Notes under the pieces: model-generated
Told to the model about the DNA's origin: nothing
The model's input: only the letters and a program-made list of their open reading frames with translations
Database searches by the model: none
Translations under genes and position numbers: made by a program
NCBI GenBank assembly: GCA_963768055.1
Contig: CAVYGN010000001.1
Span: 1,088,001 to 1,152,000 of the forward strand
Length of the DNA stretch: 64,000 nt
From: an uncultured Spirochaetota bacterium
GTDB lineage: Bacteria; Spirochaetota; Brevinematia; Brevinematales; JAOACQ01
Direction of reading: 5' to 3'
Shown here: positions 47,388-57,121 of the stretch, one piece after another
Numbering within the stretch: position 1 is the first letter of the stretch
Layout: every line of letters begins with the position of its first letter

Positions 47388-48989
47388 ATGAATGACTTTA
47401 TGAATAAATCAGGGTACAGGATCGTTTCCTGGACTATTAATATTGCCGGAATGGCTGCAATATTTACCGCCCTGTATTATGCCGTATTTTTCTCATCGGT
47501 ATTGCTTCTTGAGGATAAAAAGGCTACTGTAAATATTACCGAAGGTAAATATATTATTAACACATTGGCTGAAGAATATGAGAATATATTAAAAGAAAAG
47601 GGGAAAAATCTCGATGTTGAAAAAATAAAATTGTTGAATCAAATAGAACTTGCAAAAAGTTACCAGGAGAAAGCTGCTATTGAAGCCCAGTTAAGAAAAA
47701 TTGAATCGGAAAAAAGAAATTTTGATGTTGAACTAAGCAATAATGAAAAACAGAAAAAAGAGATCGAGAATACTCTCAGGAGCACGCAGGTAAGCCTTGA
47801 ACAGACAAAAGAAGAGATAGCTAGATTGAATCAAAAAAACCTGGAACTTACAATGAAAAATCAGACCCTGGAATCAAATTTAAATAATTATTCCGAAAAA
47901 ATTCAAACCATGGAATCAAATTCAAAAAATTATTCGGAATCGGCAAGGAATATTGATAACCTTAAAAAAGAAGAGCAGGATATGGCGACAAATTATGAGG
48001 CTCAGCTGCGCGATGTTAAAAATGACAGAGATAAAAGAATAAATACGCTGTATCTGCAAAATGAAAAACTTGCAGCACAGCTGAATGAAGCCACAAACAT
48101 GCCCGCGAAGCAGGGGGGAGATGAATTTTTCCTGTTTAAACCCGAGGCTGTTAACAGCGATCCTGTGGTGTACAAGGGAAAAATGTATGTGGCATTAAAC
48201 AATCAGATGAAAATATTTTCAAAAGATGGTAAAATACTAAAAGCAATCGATTTGATCGGCCGGGATTTTAATTTAACAAGGCCTGTCATGAGCGATGGCG
48301 TTATATATTTCGGTTCTGATGCAGGCGGGATTATCGCATGCGATGAAACCGGAAAATTCTTATGGAAAGAAAAGGCCGGGAGTCAGATTTTCGGAGCTTC
48401 TCCGGCGGCCTCTTCAGGGATTGTCGCGGTTCCTTCGATAGATGACGGAATTTACATTTATGATAAAAAGGGGAAATTCATTGTGAAAATAACAACGGAA
48501 ATTCCAATATATTCAGCGCCGCTGATTATTGACCAGGGTAATAAATTAATCTATGCGGATGAAAACGGAGATATAGTCAGTTATGATATTGTCAAGAAGA
48601 CGCAAATCTGGATAAAAAATTACAGTGATAATTATACAGAGAGAATTCTCTATCCATTAATTGGGGACGATAAAAAAATATTTTTTTTCGGGTCATCGGG
48701 GAAAATGGGGGCAATAAATTCGAAAGACGGTTCCCTGATCTGGAATTCCGATTTTCCTGAAATTCAAAATACCCCTATAAACCCGCGTTTTTTAAACGGG
48801 AAAGTAATACTTGCCAACAATACGGGTAAATCCGTCGTAATCATCGTCAATTCGGATAATGGAAGCGTTGAATCGAAATCGACCATAGAAAATGAAAAAA
48901 TCACGGCACCGTATGTAAACGGGAGTTCAATATTTTTCGACACGGCATCCGGCAGCGTATACTCTTACAATTTCGCGGCGACAAAATGA
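47388..48989 (+). CDS. Membrane-anchored coiled-coil + PQQ-like (BamB-type) beta-propeller protein
   Basis: N-terminal TM, about 180-aa coiled coil, repeats such as GVIYFGSDAGGIIACDETGKFLW and AINSKDGSLIW. Confidence 0.8.
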   Translation: MNDFMNKSGYRIVSWTINIAGMAAIFTALYYAVFFSSVLLLEDKKATVNITEGKYIINTLAEEYENILKEKGKNLDVEKIKLLNQIELAKSYQEKAAIEAQLRKIESEKRNFDVELSNNEKQKKEIENTLRSTQVSLEQTKEEIARLNQKNLELTMKNQTLESNLNNYSEKIQTMESNSKNYSESARNIDNLKKEEQDMATNYEAQLRDVKNDRDKRINTLYLQNEKLAAQLNEATNMPAKQGGDEFFLFKPEAVNSDPVVYKGKMYVALNNQMKIFSKDGKILKAIDLIGRDFNLTRPVMSDGVIYFGSDAGGIIACDETGKFLWKEKAGSQIFGASPAASSGIVAVPSIDDGIYIYDKKGKFIVKITTEIPIYSAPLIIDQGNKLIYADENGDIVSYDIVKKTQIWIKNYSDNYTERILYPLIGDDKKIFFFGSSGKMGAINSKDGSLIWNSDFPEIQNTPINPRFLNGKVILANNTGKSVVIIVNSDNGSVESKSTIENEKITAPYVNGSSIFFDTASGSVYSYNFAATK

Positions 48990-49960
48990 TGAAATCAGGA
49001 ATATTTAGAACATTCATTGCCTTTTTATTCATCCTTGGATTTTCGAATATCTATTCCGAAATATCCAGAAACAAAATGATTTTCCTGCCCTTCAATAATA
49101 ATTCCGATTTAAAAATGTATGCAAATTCCGACCTTTTCCGTGATATATTTTCCCGTTCTCTTTATGCTTCAATAAGAAATTATTCAAATGAAAATTCGCT
49201 GAATTACTTTTTTGCGAGTGAAAATGGAATAGCCGCTTCAAATATTCAATCCTTCTGCGATAGTGAAAACGCTAGATTTGCCGTTTACGGCAATTACCGT
49301 TTCCAGGGCGATAAATCCAGCCCGAAAATCATAGTGGAACTGGCCGTTTATGACGCAGAAAAAAAGACGAACATTTTCAATAAAACCTACCAGACTGCGA
49401 CTGGCCAATCCGTATTTAACGATATTGATCTTATGATAGCCGAGGTCATTAAGAACGCAAAAGTTATAACGGGTAAAACCATCGTTATTTCTCCAACGAA
49501 TCAAACACCTGTAAATGTGTCGAATATTTCAGCGGCACCGGAATACGCAAAATTCCATACGCTTTTACTGACATTTGATTATGATATTGCGACGGTCGAA
49601 TTTCAATATTTTCTCGGCCGTTATTTCTGGTTTGGCGCCGGGACCGGTTATTCTATTTATACATCAGGGAATGCCGTTTATACATATACGTCGCCGATGG
49701 CCCAGGCGGGTCTTTTACTTGTCGGGGATATGCAGAGCTATTTCAGGCTTGGGGCCGGAATTATCGCAAGATGGGATATTGTATTCGCTCCGGCAGGAAG
49801 TCCGGCCTATACAAGTCCGGCCTTCCTTCAATATGAAACAGGCGCATTCATCGACATAGAATTCAGTATATTTACCATACAGCCGGAAGTATACATGGGT
49901 TTCGGTTCCGATGGAAAACCGGTCTTCTCTTCCACTGCAGCCGTAGGCCTTCATTTCTAA
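48986..49960 (+). CDS. Exported protein with putative C-terminal outer-membrane barrel; paralogue of 28120-29474
   Basis: Signal peptide; IFLPFNNNS and TNIFNKTY shared with the paralogue; C-terminal strands ending GLHF. Confidence 0.7.
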   Translation: MMKSGIFRTFIAFLFILGFSNIYSEISRNKMIFLPFNNNSDLKMYANSDLFRDIFSRSLYASIRNYSNENSLNYFFASENGIAASNIQSFCDSENARFAVYGNYRFQGDKSSPKIIVELAVYDAEKKTNIFNKTYQTATGQSVFNDIDLMIAEVIKNAKVITGKTIVISPTNQTPVNVSNISAAPEYAKFHTLLLTFDYDIATVEFQYFLGRYFWFGAGTGYSIYTSGNAVYTYTSPMAQAGLLLVGDMQSYFRLGAGIIARWDIVFAPAGSPAYTSPAFLQYETGAFIDIEFSIFTIQPEVYMGFGSDGKPVFSSTAAVGLHF

Positions 49961-51330
49961 TGCGATCCATTCAGGCTTATTTTATAAAAGAAAGGGGCTT
50001 TTATAGCACTTTTATTAAACTCGGAGTTCCGGTAGCCCTGCAGAATTTCCTTGCTGCATCCCTGGGTCTGATCGACAACATAATGGTAGGGCAGCTTGGC
50101 GACATCCCCGTAGCATCGGTAGGGCTTGCCAATCAATATTTTTTCGTATTATTTCTTGTAATGCAGGGAGTAGGCGGCGGTATAGCCCTCTTCGTTTCCC
50201 AATTCTGGGGGAAAAAGGATTTAAAACAGATCAGGAAGGTTATAGCTCTGGGCTTGACTCTCGCCCTGGGTTCTTCACTGCTTTTCTTTTCAGCCGCCTT
50301 TTTATTTCCACAATTCATAATAAGTTTGTTTTCCACTGATCAGAATGTCATCAAGCTTGGAGGCATATTCTTAAAAATCTGCGCATTCAGTTATATCCCT
50401 ATGGCGCTTAATTTTTGCCTGGCTGCGGCTCTCAGGAGTATGCATGAGGTCCACCTCCCTCTGCAGGCTAATATTCTCGGTATTGCAGTAAACACCTCCC
50501 TTAATTACCTTTTAATCTTTGGAAAATTCGGTTTCCCGGTTATGGGTGTAGCCGGAGCGGCAGTCGCGACTGTAATAGCGCAAGCTGTTGCCCTTTTCTT
50601 TTTGACCGTCCGTACTTATTCGAAAATGCCCGAATTATTCCGGAGCTTAAACCGTATTTTCGTTATTTCAAAAGACCTTATAAAAAGATTTGTTATTCAG
50701 ACAGGTACGATGATAGGTAAAGATCTCATCTGGGTTGTAGGTATATCCGTTTATATGGCTATATATGCAAGGATAAGCACCGATTCGGCAGCCTCGATTA
50801 ATATCACGAGTGTTGTGAGAAATCTTGCCGTAGTATTGTTCCAGGGTATCGCCAACGCCAGCCAGATCCTTGTAGGGAATAATATCGGGGCCGGTAATAG
50901 ATCTAAAGCATACCGGTACGCTTCGATGTTCCTGAAAATCACTCTCATACTTGGGGTATTATTCGGTTTAATAATTATTTTTACAAGATATCTTTTTTTA
51001 CTTCCCTATAATGTTTCCGAGAAAGTTGTTTCCGGGGCCGCAGGCGTCATGATGGTTTACGGCATTTTATTTATTTTCTATGTTTACAATATGGTTGCTG
51101 TAATGGGGGTTATGAGGCCGGGCGGGGATAATTTCTTCTGCGCACTCATGGATACCGTAGCAGTTTGGGTGATCGGCCTGCCGCTTGCTCTTCTGGCAGG
51201 TTTTATATGGAAAATGCCCCTCGAATGGGTGTTCGGGTTCATATCCATACAGGAAATAATTAAAACAATACTGCTCACATGGCGGTTCAGATCAGGGAAA
51301 TGGATCCACAACCTCGTGCATGATATTTAA
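49960..51330 (+). CDS. MATE family efflux transporter
   Basis: PVALQN, IDNIMVGQLG, LNYLLIFGKFGFPVMGVAGAAVAT, RFRSGKW. Confidence 0.95.
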   Translation: MRSIQAYFIKERGFYSTFIKLGVPVALQNFLAASLGLIDNIMVGQLGDIPVASVGLANQYFFVLFLVMQGVGGGIALFVSQFWGKKDLKQIRKVIALGLTLALGSSLLFFSAAFLFPQFIISLFSTDQNVIKLGGIFLKICAFSYIPMALNFCLAAALRSMHEVHLPLQANILGIAVNTSLNYLLIFGKFGFPVMGVAGAAVATVIAQAVALFFLTVRTYSKMPELFRSLNRIFVISKDLIKRFVIQTGTMIGKDLIWVVGISVYMAIYARISTDSAASINITSVVRNLAVVLFQGIANASQILVGNNIGAGNRSKAYRYASMFLKITLILGVLFGLIIIFTRYLFLLPYNVSEKVVSGAAGVMMVYGILFIFYVYNMVAVMGVMRPGGDNFFCALMDTVAVWVIGLPLALLAGFIWKMPLEWVFGFISIQEIIKTILLTWRFRSGKWIHNLVHDI

Positions 51331-51336
51331 CCCGCG

Positions 51337-51729
51337 CTAGAGTTTGTAAGCCGTCCATGTACCCGGGCCGGCGACGGGACTATTCATTGTCCCCGACATA
51401 CTGGTACTGGATCCCGTTCCGGTATATGTGGTATGGGGAGAGGGATATACCCATGAGATGCTGTTACCGTTTAAAGACCAGGTGCCGCTTCCGCCTTCAC
51501 TATCTGAAAATGACCCGTCTGCAGCGAAAGTAATGGTCGAAGATTCGGGTGAGTGACCCCCGCTCCACAAAATTGTAAGATTCCAGTTTCCAACGACGGA
51601 TATCGAAGGCGGCGACGAAGACGAACTGCCCGAGGAACCCGGCGAATTGGAGCATCCTGGTAAAGGAGTTAATAAAACTATTCCGAATATTATGATCAAA
51701 GCACAAAGAACTACGTTTTTTATTTTCAT
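51337..51729 (-). CDS. Small lipoprotein with Ser-rich linker and beta-rich domain
   Basis: Signal peptide ending LPGC, SNSPGSSGSSSSS linker, VVGNW..ITFAADGSF..GTWSL. Confidence 0.7.
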   Translation of the reverse strand: MKIKNVVLCALIIIFGIVLLTPLPGCSNSPGSSGSSSSSPPSISVVGNWNLTILWSGGHSPESSTITFAADGSFSDSEGGSGTWSLNGNSISWVYPSPHTTYTGTGSSTSMSGTMNSPVAGPGTWTAYKL

Positions 51730-51762
51730 AACTCGCCTCTTTATAATCTCCCTATTGTCAGA

Positions 51763-51791
51763 ATTGTATCAACTATTATTTATTTTGTCAA
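51763..51791 (-). promoter_or_regulatory. Sigma70-type promoter of the lipoprotein gene
   Basis: TTGACA-17 nt-TACAAT. Confidence 0.6.
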
Positions 51792-51816
51792 GAATACAGA
51801 ATACGGAATACGAATT
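51791..51816 (+). repeat. Solo arm of tandem RGAATAC heptamers
   Basis: agaatac-agaatac-ggaatac-gaatt just past the cobT stop. Confidence 0.6.
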
Positions 51817-51834
51817 AACTCGACGCGTATCGCA

Positions 51835-52905
51835 TTAAGACTTGCCGCTCACCTTTGCTTCATCGAAAGAGGCCATTTCACACATAATCTTGCATGAGGC
51901 GTCGATGATATTTATTGCAAGGGCCGCACCCGTACCCTCCCCGAGCCGCATATTCAAATCGATGATAGGTTTAAGATCCATCATATCAAGGGCAGTTTTA
52001 TGGCCCCTTTCAGCCGATTTATGGCCAGCGAAAAGATAACCGGCAACTTCCGTTTTTATAAGGAAGGCGATAAGCCCGCCCGCCGTAGAAATGAGTCCGT
52101 CCAGGACAACCGGTACTTTCGCGGATGCAGCAGCTAGGACAGCCCCGGCAATACCGGCTATTTCATATCCCCCTACCTTCTGCAAAATATCGAGTCCATC
52201 CGTTTTATCGGGATTCCTTAAGAGAAGCGCTTTTTTAATGATCTCAATTTTATTATTTAATGTCGCATTATCGATACCCGTCCCGCGGCCTGTAATTTCC
52301 TCCGGGGATCTGCCTGTTGCCGCTGAAATAACCGCTGTTGCTGAGGTTGTGTTGCCTATTCCCATTTCTCCTACACCAATTATATCGGGTTTGAATTTTT
52401 TACTTTGCTCAAAAAACACATCCATACCGTTTTCAACGGCTTTAATCGCTTCTTCCCGGGTCATTGAGTCCTCTTTTATAAAATTTCTGGTCCCTTTCCG
52501 GATCTTTTTATCAATGAGCATATCCGATGGCTCAAAATCAAAATTAACCCCCATATCTATTACATGTATATTGATCTGATTATGACGGCAGAGGACATTA
52601 ATAGCGGCTCCTCCATTAAGGAAATTCAGGACCATCTGATGTGTTACTTCAGCCGGGTAAGCAGAAACCCCTTCCGAAGCAATACCATGATCCCCTGCAA
52701 AAACGAACATTGCCTTCCCTGAAATTTTCGGGTTCAAATTTCCCTGGATCATTGCCATCTTCATTGCGATTTCTTCCATCATGCCGAGGGAACCGAGGGG
52801 CTTTGTTTTAAAATCGATCTTGTGACTGACTTCCGCCTCCAGCGCTTTCGATTCCGTGCTTTTATTCAGCGGCAAAATCCCCTGAATGATATTTTCGATT
52901 GGCAT
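51835..52905 (-). CDS. cobT: Nicotinate-nucleotide--dimethylbenzimidazole phosphoribosyltransferase
   Basis: KTKPLGSLG, FAGDHG, GEMGIGNTT, RLGEGTGA, MASFDEA. Confidence 0.97.
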   Translation of the reverse strand: MPIENIIQGILPLNKSTESKALEAEVSHKIDFKTKPLGSLGMMEEIAMKMAMIQGNLNPKISGKAMFVFAGDHGIASEGVSAYPAEVTHQMVLNFLNGGAAINVLCRHNQINIHVIDMGVNFDFEPSDMLIDKKIRKGTRNFIKEDSMTREEAIKAVENGMDVFFEQSKKFKPDIIGVGEMGIGNTTSATAVISAATGRSPEEITGRGTGIDNATLNNKIEIIKKALLLRNPDKTDGLDILQKVGGYEIAGIAGAVLAAASAKVPVVLDGLISTAGGLIAFLIKTEVAGYLFAGHKSAERGHKTALDMMDLKPIIDLNMRLGEGTGAALAINIIDASCKIMCEMASFDEAKVSGKS

Positions 52906-52958
52906 AATACCTCCAAAATATTTTATTAAGGGCAGTTTTAATCAGTAGGGCCAGAGGT

Positions 52959-53744
52959 TTAGAAGCGCCCGAAATTTAATCCGCCTTCCAGATATTCCAT
53001 CGATTCCATCAAATCCGTTTCGTTAAAAACCTCTAAAATAACCGAATGTTTGTATGTTTTTAAATATTTTATAACCTTTTCAATGTAAACCTTATCTGAA
53101 AGCCTCAGGGAAATATGATCTTTACCTCCTGCGCATCCATGGAGATGGACCTCATGAATTCTATCGTTAAAACTGGATATAAAATTTATCGGATCGAGGT
53201 TATTTATAAAAAGATGGCCCAAATCCATGCAAATTGGGTGCGGACTTTTAAATATGATATCTTTAACCCCGGTCAGGTCATAGTAAGTATTTTCCAGGAA
53301 AATATTTGAATTGAAACTGCCCAAACGGACGGATAATCTTTCAAGAATATTCCGGAATCTCTCCCGGTCATTTGGAACAGGCTTTGCATGCTCGATATGA
53401 AGAATAAACTCGTTAATATCTAAGGGCCGGGTAATTTCAATGATATGCTCGATGGCGTCGATATTATTCTCGAGACTGAAAAATTCACAATCCATCAAAT
53501 ACATATCGATTGGAAGATGGACTGCATATTGGATAGGGGACCCCTGTTTTAATTGATAAAGTTTTTTAAGTATCGGGGGTGAAGCAACTTCGTTTAAGAA
53601 ATTTTTCCCGAAAAAAAGAAGCTGGAGTTTATCAAAATGATCCTTTAAATATTCAACGTTCACGATTAAATTATCTTCGGACTGCTTCAATATAAATGAT
53701 GTAGTACCGATCAGGAATGGAAATTGATTCCTGTAATCTTTCAA
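52959..53744 (-). CDS. cbiR: Cobamide-remodelling phosphodiesterase CbiR-like (AP endonuclease 2 / TIM-barrel fold)
   Basis: IGTTSFI, VHLP, FILH, FLEN, CMDLGH, VHLHG..KDH, LEVF; located between cobS and cobT. Confidence 0.78.
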   Translation of the reverse strand: MKDYRNQFPFLIGTTSFILKQSEDNLIVNVEYLKDHFDKLQLLFFGKNFLNEVASPPILKKLYQLKQGSPIQYAVHLPIDMYLMDCEFFSLENNIDAIEHIIEITRPLDINEFILHIEHAKPVPNDRERFRNILERLSVRLGSFNSNIFLENTYYDLTGVKDIIFKSPHPICMDLGHLFINNLDPINFISSFNDRIHEVHLHGCAGGKDHISLRLSDKVYIEKVIKYLKTYKHSVILEVFNETDLMESMEYLEGGLNFGRF

Positions 53745-54541
53745 AGGATCCCTCCGGTCTTTTTTATTATTAAAAAGACGGCTATCAGAAGAAGTTCAAG
53801 CACTTCGGCCGAAGCCCCCAGTACATCGCCGGTAACGCCGCCGATTTTTTTATTTGAATAAGCCCTTATCATAAGAATCGATATTATAACCGTGACCAAT
53901 CCTCCGATAAAAAACGGCAAAATTTTGAACCCGGCGATCAAAAGGACCCCGAATAAAATTAAGAAAGCAATAATAGATGAAAGAATAAGTATTAATGGCT
54001 TTATCTGCCCGACAAGGCTTTTGCCTGTGCCGCTCTTCCTCGGGTATTTCGATATGAAACAGAGAAAAATTATCCCATACCGGGAAAGCACAGGAATGAT
54101 AATGATCAGCGGCAGGAAATACGAAAAGGTCGTAAGCAGTTTTTTAATCAAAAGGAATTTCAGAAGCAAAAATAAAATAATCCCTCCAAGAGCAAAGCTG
54201 CCTGTACTGCTGTCCTTCATTATAACGAGCCTTTCCTCTTTAGAACGGTCTGCCAGAAAACCGTCAAAAGTATCGGCAAGTCCGTCAAGGTGAAAAAACT
54301 TATTCAAACAATAGGGAATGGTCAGCAGCATAAAGGAAAGAAAATCAATGTCTTTTACGAAGAAATTAAGTATCAATAAAGCCGATGCCAGAACCAGCCC
54401 GAAAAACAAACCCACCAGGGGGAAAAAAGCAGCCGATCGCGTGCAATTCTCTTCATCATAACAGATGCTTTTCTGAAAACCCATCGGTAATCTGGTCAAC
54501 GTTGAAAAAGAAATATAAAGGGAAGACAACCAATTTTTCAT
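53741..54541 (-). CDS. cobS: Adenosylcobinamide-GDP ribazoletransferase
   Basis: LTRLP, FPLVG, HLDGLADTFDG, IMKDS, IGGVTGDVLGA. Confidence 0.96.
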   Translation of the reverse strand: MKNWLSSLYISFSTLTRLPMGFQKSICYDEENCTRSAAFFPLVGLFFGLVLASALLILNFFVKDIDFLSFMLLTIPYCLNKFFHLDGLADTFDGFLADRSKEERLVIMKDSSTGSFALGGIILFLLLKFLLIKKLLTTFSYFLPLIIIIPVLSRYGIIFLCFISKYPRKSGTGKSLVGQIKPLILILSSIIAFLILFGVLLIAGFKILPFFIGGLVTVIISILMIRAYSNKKIGGVTGDVLGASAEVLELLLIAVFLIIKKTGGIL

Positions 54542-55188
54542 AACAGCCTCACTGGAATTCCGGCGATCATGAAATAAACATAATCGGCCCAGGAGGCCAT
54601 TTTCTGGTTCATTCTGCCATGGATATCCCTGTACAGGCGGCTGACCGGATCGCCGGGTATGATGCCCAGTCCCAATTCATTGGAAATGATAATGAGAGTC
54701 TTATCTGTTTTATTTAGGTGGAATAATTGTCCTGCATCGTATTTCCAGGCATTTTCGTCCGCCCTGATAAGCGTCCCCGGCATTAAACCCGAAAACGCCG
54801 ATTCATCGCGGCCATTTTCAAAAACATGGTTTATCTCATCCAGTGTATGGAATACAAATTCTTCAATTTTCCCGTTGTCCCGTTTATTAAAAAGGTTTCC
54901 CAGCCATGTTGTCAGGCAGTCAAGGATAAAAATATTATGATTCTCAATCAATTTATTGAGCTGTCCTGCAATATAAACACTTTCCTCATAGGTTTCAAAT
55001 TCTTTTGTCCTTCTTTTACGGTGGTGCCTGATCCGTTCGGAAAACTCTTCATCCAACCCTTCACCTGTAGCAATATAGGCAATCGTTCCCTTATACCCCG
55101 CGTTTCCAATCATCTGCAGAGCCAGCAATTCGGCAAAACGGCTTTTCCCCGACCTTGCTCCTCCTAAAATAAAAACTATCCGGTTCAT
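54538..55188 (-). CDS. cobU: Adenosylcobinamide kinase / phosphate guanylyltransferase
   Basis: GGARSGKSRFAE, RIRHHRKRR, LDCLTTWL, SNELGLG, NQKMA, AGIP. Confidence 0.94.
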   Translation of the reverse strand: MNRIVFILGGARSGKSRFAELLALQMIGNAGYKGTIAYIATGEGLDEEFSERIRHHRKRRTKEFETYEESVYIAGQLNKLIENHNIFILDCLTTWLGNLFNKRDNGKIEEFVFHTLDEINHVFENGRDESAFSGLMPGTLIRADENAWKYDAGQLFHLNKTDKTLIIISNELGLGIIPGDPVSRLYRDIHGRMNQKMASWADYVYFMIAGIPVRLL

Positions 55189-55201
55189 GAAGAAACTCCG
55201 A

Positions 55202-57106
55202 TTAAAATTTAATTTTTAAACCCGCATTGAACATAATACCCCCCGTGTTGTATCCGAAGACTTCCACATATTGTGTATTAAACAGATTATTTACATTCGC
55301 GTAAATATCAAAACGGTCCAGCTTCAGGAGAAAGTTCAGGTTTACCAGCGAATAATCATCCATTTCAACATACGGACTATCTGTAGAAAGGTAACCGTAA
55401 CGGGTGCCGTAATAAGAATATTGTATTTCCATAAATAAATTTTTGACCGGCATTATATCGATGTTAACACTCGCTTTATGCATAGGTATATATAAAATGT
55501 ACTGCCCTGAGTTTGTGTTGAAAGCATAAGTATAAGTATAGCCGATCGATATGACCAGGAAATCCCATGGTGTTATTTTAGCCGATGATTCTACGCCTTC
55601 TGTAAGTGCGCTGTCGATATTTGAATATCTGGATGAGTTATAATCGTAAGTTACCAGATCGTTAAACCGGTTCTGGAAATAGACGATTTCCAGAGTGACC
55701 GCCTCACCGAAAGACTCAACTGCTCCCGCATCGAACCCGAAGCTGTATTCAGGTTTTAAATTTGTATCCCCGTAACTTGAATATAGCTGGAAAAGCGTCG
55801 GCTCTTTGTACCCGGTCCCTATATTTCCTTTTAATGATAAACCGGTATCTGGTATGGAATATAGCAAAGAACTGCTGTAATTTAGGACTGCCCCTGCAAT
55901 CTGGCTGAAATCCGCCCGAAACCCGGAGGTATTTATCAATGAGTCAAAAAGCTTCAACTGGTTTTCTGCAAATATTCCCGCATTTGTTTTCGATACCGGC
56001 AGGATATCATTTGTGTAAGGGCCATAATTGTTTGATAAAAAATAATGGGAATTTCCATCCTCCTCACTTAAATCGGCGCCGATCGTAATCGTATCGATTT
56101 TCTGAATATGGAAATTATTTATTAAATCCGCTTTGATATTATTGCCATTATACCAGCTGTTGACAAGGTCATCATTTTCAAAGTTAGGGTAATCCATATC
56201 TTCTATTCTATTATATAAATAGGAGATTGAAGCTTTATAATCCCACCAGTCGGTTACAAAATGGCTAAATTCCAGTTTTGCGGCGCTGTTTTCATTTACA
56301 TATGTATGATTTATGTCATCCTCATATGCGCCGTCATCTACATTTGCATCGGCAAAATTGTAATGTACAACCAGATTCAAATCCCCCCCGTCAAAAAGGC
56401 GAACACCGATCTTTGAGGAAATCGTCGTATTAAGGTAGCCGTCTCTTGACGGGGCATTCAATGAATTGCTTAAAGTTACATCCGGAAAGCCGTCGCTCTG
56501 AATATGGGATATATAAAGAGAATAATTCCAATTACTCAGGCTTCCGCTGACCCCTCCTCCATATTTAAAAGTATTAAAACTGCCGGCCTCGGCGTCTATT
56601 TCAGCTTTCGGATCGCCGCTACCGCTTTTCGTAATTATGTTGATAACCCCTCCCATTGCGTCTGAACCGTAGAGTGTGCTAAAAGGGCCTCGGATTACTT
56701 CGATTCTATCGATATTATCCGAAGTCAGATCGGCAAAATCGAAAGATCTGTCATTGGACATCGGATTATTAACCGGAATACCGTCGATCAGGACAAGAGT
56801 GCCCCCAGGTTCCGTTCCGCGTATATAAACCTGGGATAATCCGCCGAAGCCGCCGGTCTGATACAGGGTTACTCCAGGCAGATCCCTGATAAGATCCTTC
56901 ACGTCCTGGTTCGCTTTTTTCTGTATATCGCTTTCATTAATGACGCTGATCGAAGCTCCAACATTCGATAAAGGCTGTTCATAACGGTTTGCGGTAACAA
57001 CGATTTCCGGTAATTCGTTAGTCGCCCCCTGATTTGTTTCAAGAGCGTTGATAATACCGGCACCGTTAAAAATAAAAAAAACCGTTAAGAAAAGTTTTAT
57101 ATTCAT
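55202..57106 (-). CDS. btuB: TonB-dependent receptor (cobalamin)
   Basis: TonB box EIVVTANR, plug IRG..LVLIDG, IEVIRGPFSTLYGSDAMGGVINIITK, terminal Phe; B12 operon context. Confidence 0.9.
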   Translation of the reverse strand: MNIKLFLTVFFIFNGAGIINALETNQGATNELPEIVVTANRYEQPLSNVGASISVINESDIQKKANQDVKDLIRDLPGVTLYQTGGFGGLSQVYIRGTEPGGTLVLIDGIPVNNPMSNDRSFDFADLTSDNIDRIEVIRGPFSTLYGSDAMGGVINIITKSGSGDPKAEIDAEAGSFNTFKYGGGVSGSLSNWNYSLYISHIQSDGFPDVTLSNSLNAPSRDGYLNTTISSKIGVRLFDGGDLNLVVHYNFADANVDDGAYEDDINHTYVNENSAAKLEFSHFVTDWWDYKASISYLYNRIEDMDYPNFENDDLVNSWYNGNNIKADLINNFHIQKIDTITIGADLSEEDGNSHYFLSNNYGPYTNDILPVSKTNAGIFAENQLKLFDSLINTSGFRADFSQIAGAVLNYSSSLLYSIPDTGLSLKGNIGTGYKEPTLFQLYSSYGDTNLKPEYSFGFDAGAVESFGEAVTLEIVYFQNRFNDLVTYDYNSSRYSNIDSALTEGVESSAKITPWDFLVISIGYTYTYAFNTNSGQYILYIPMHKASVNIDIMPVKNLFMEIQYSYYGTRYGYLSTDSPYVEMDDYSLVNLNFLLKLDRFDIYANVNNLFNTQYVEVFGYNTGGIMFNAGLKIKF

Positions 57107-57121
57107 TATGACCTCCTGATA

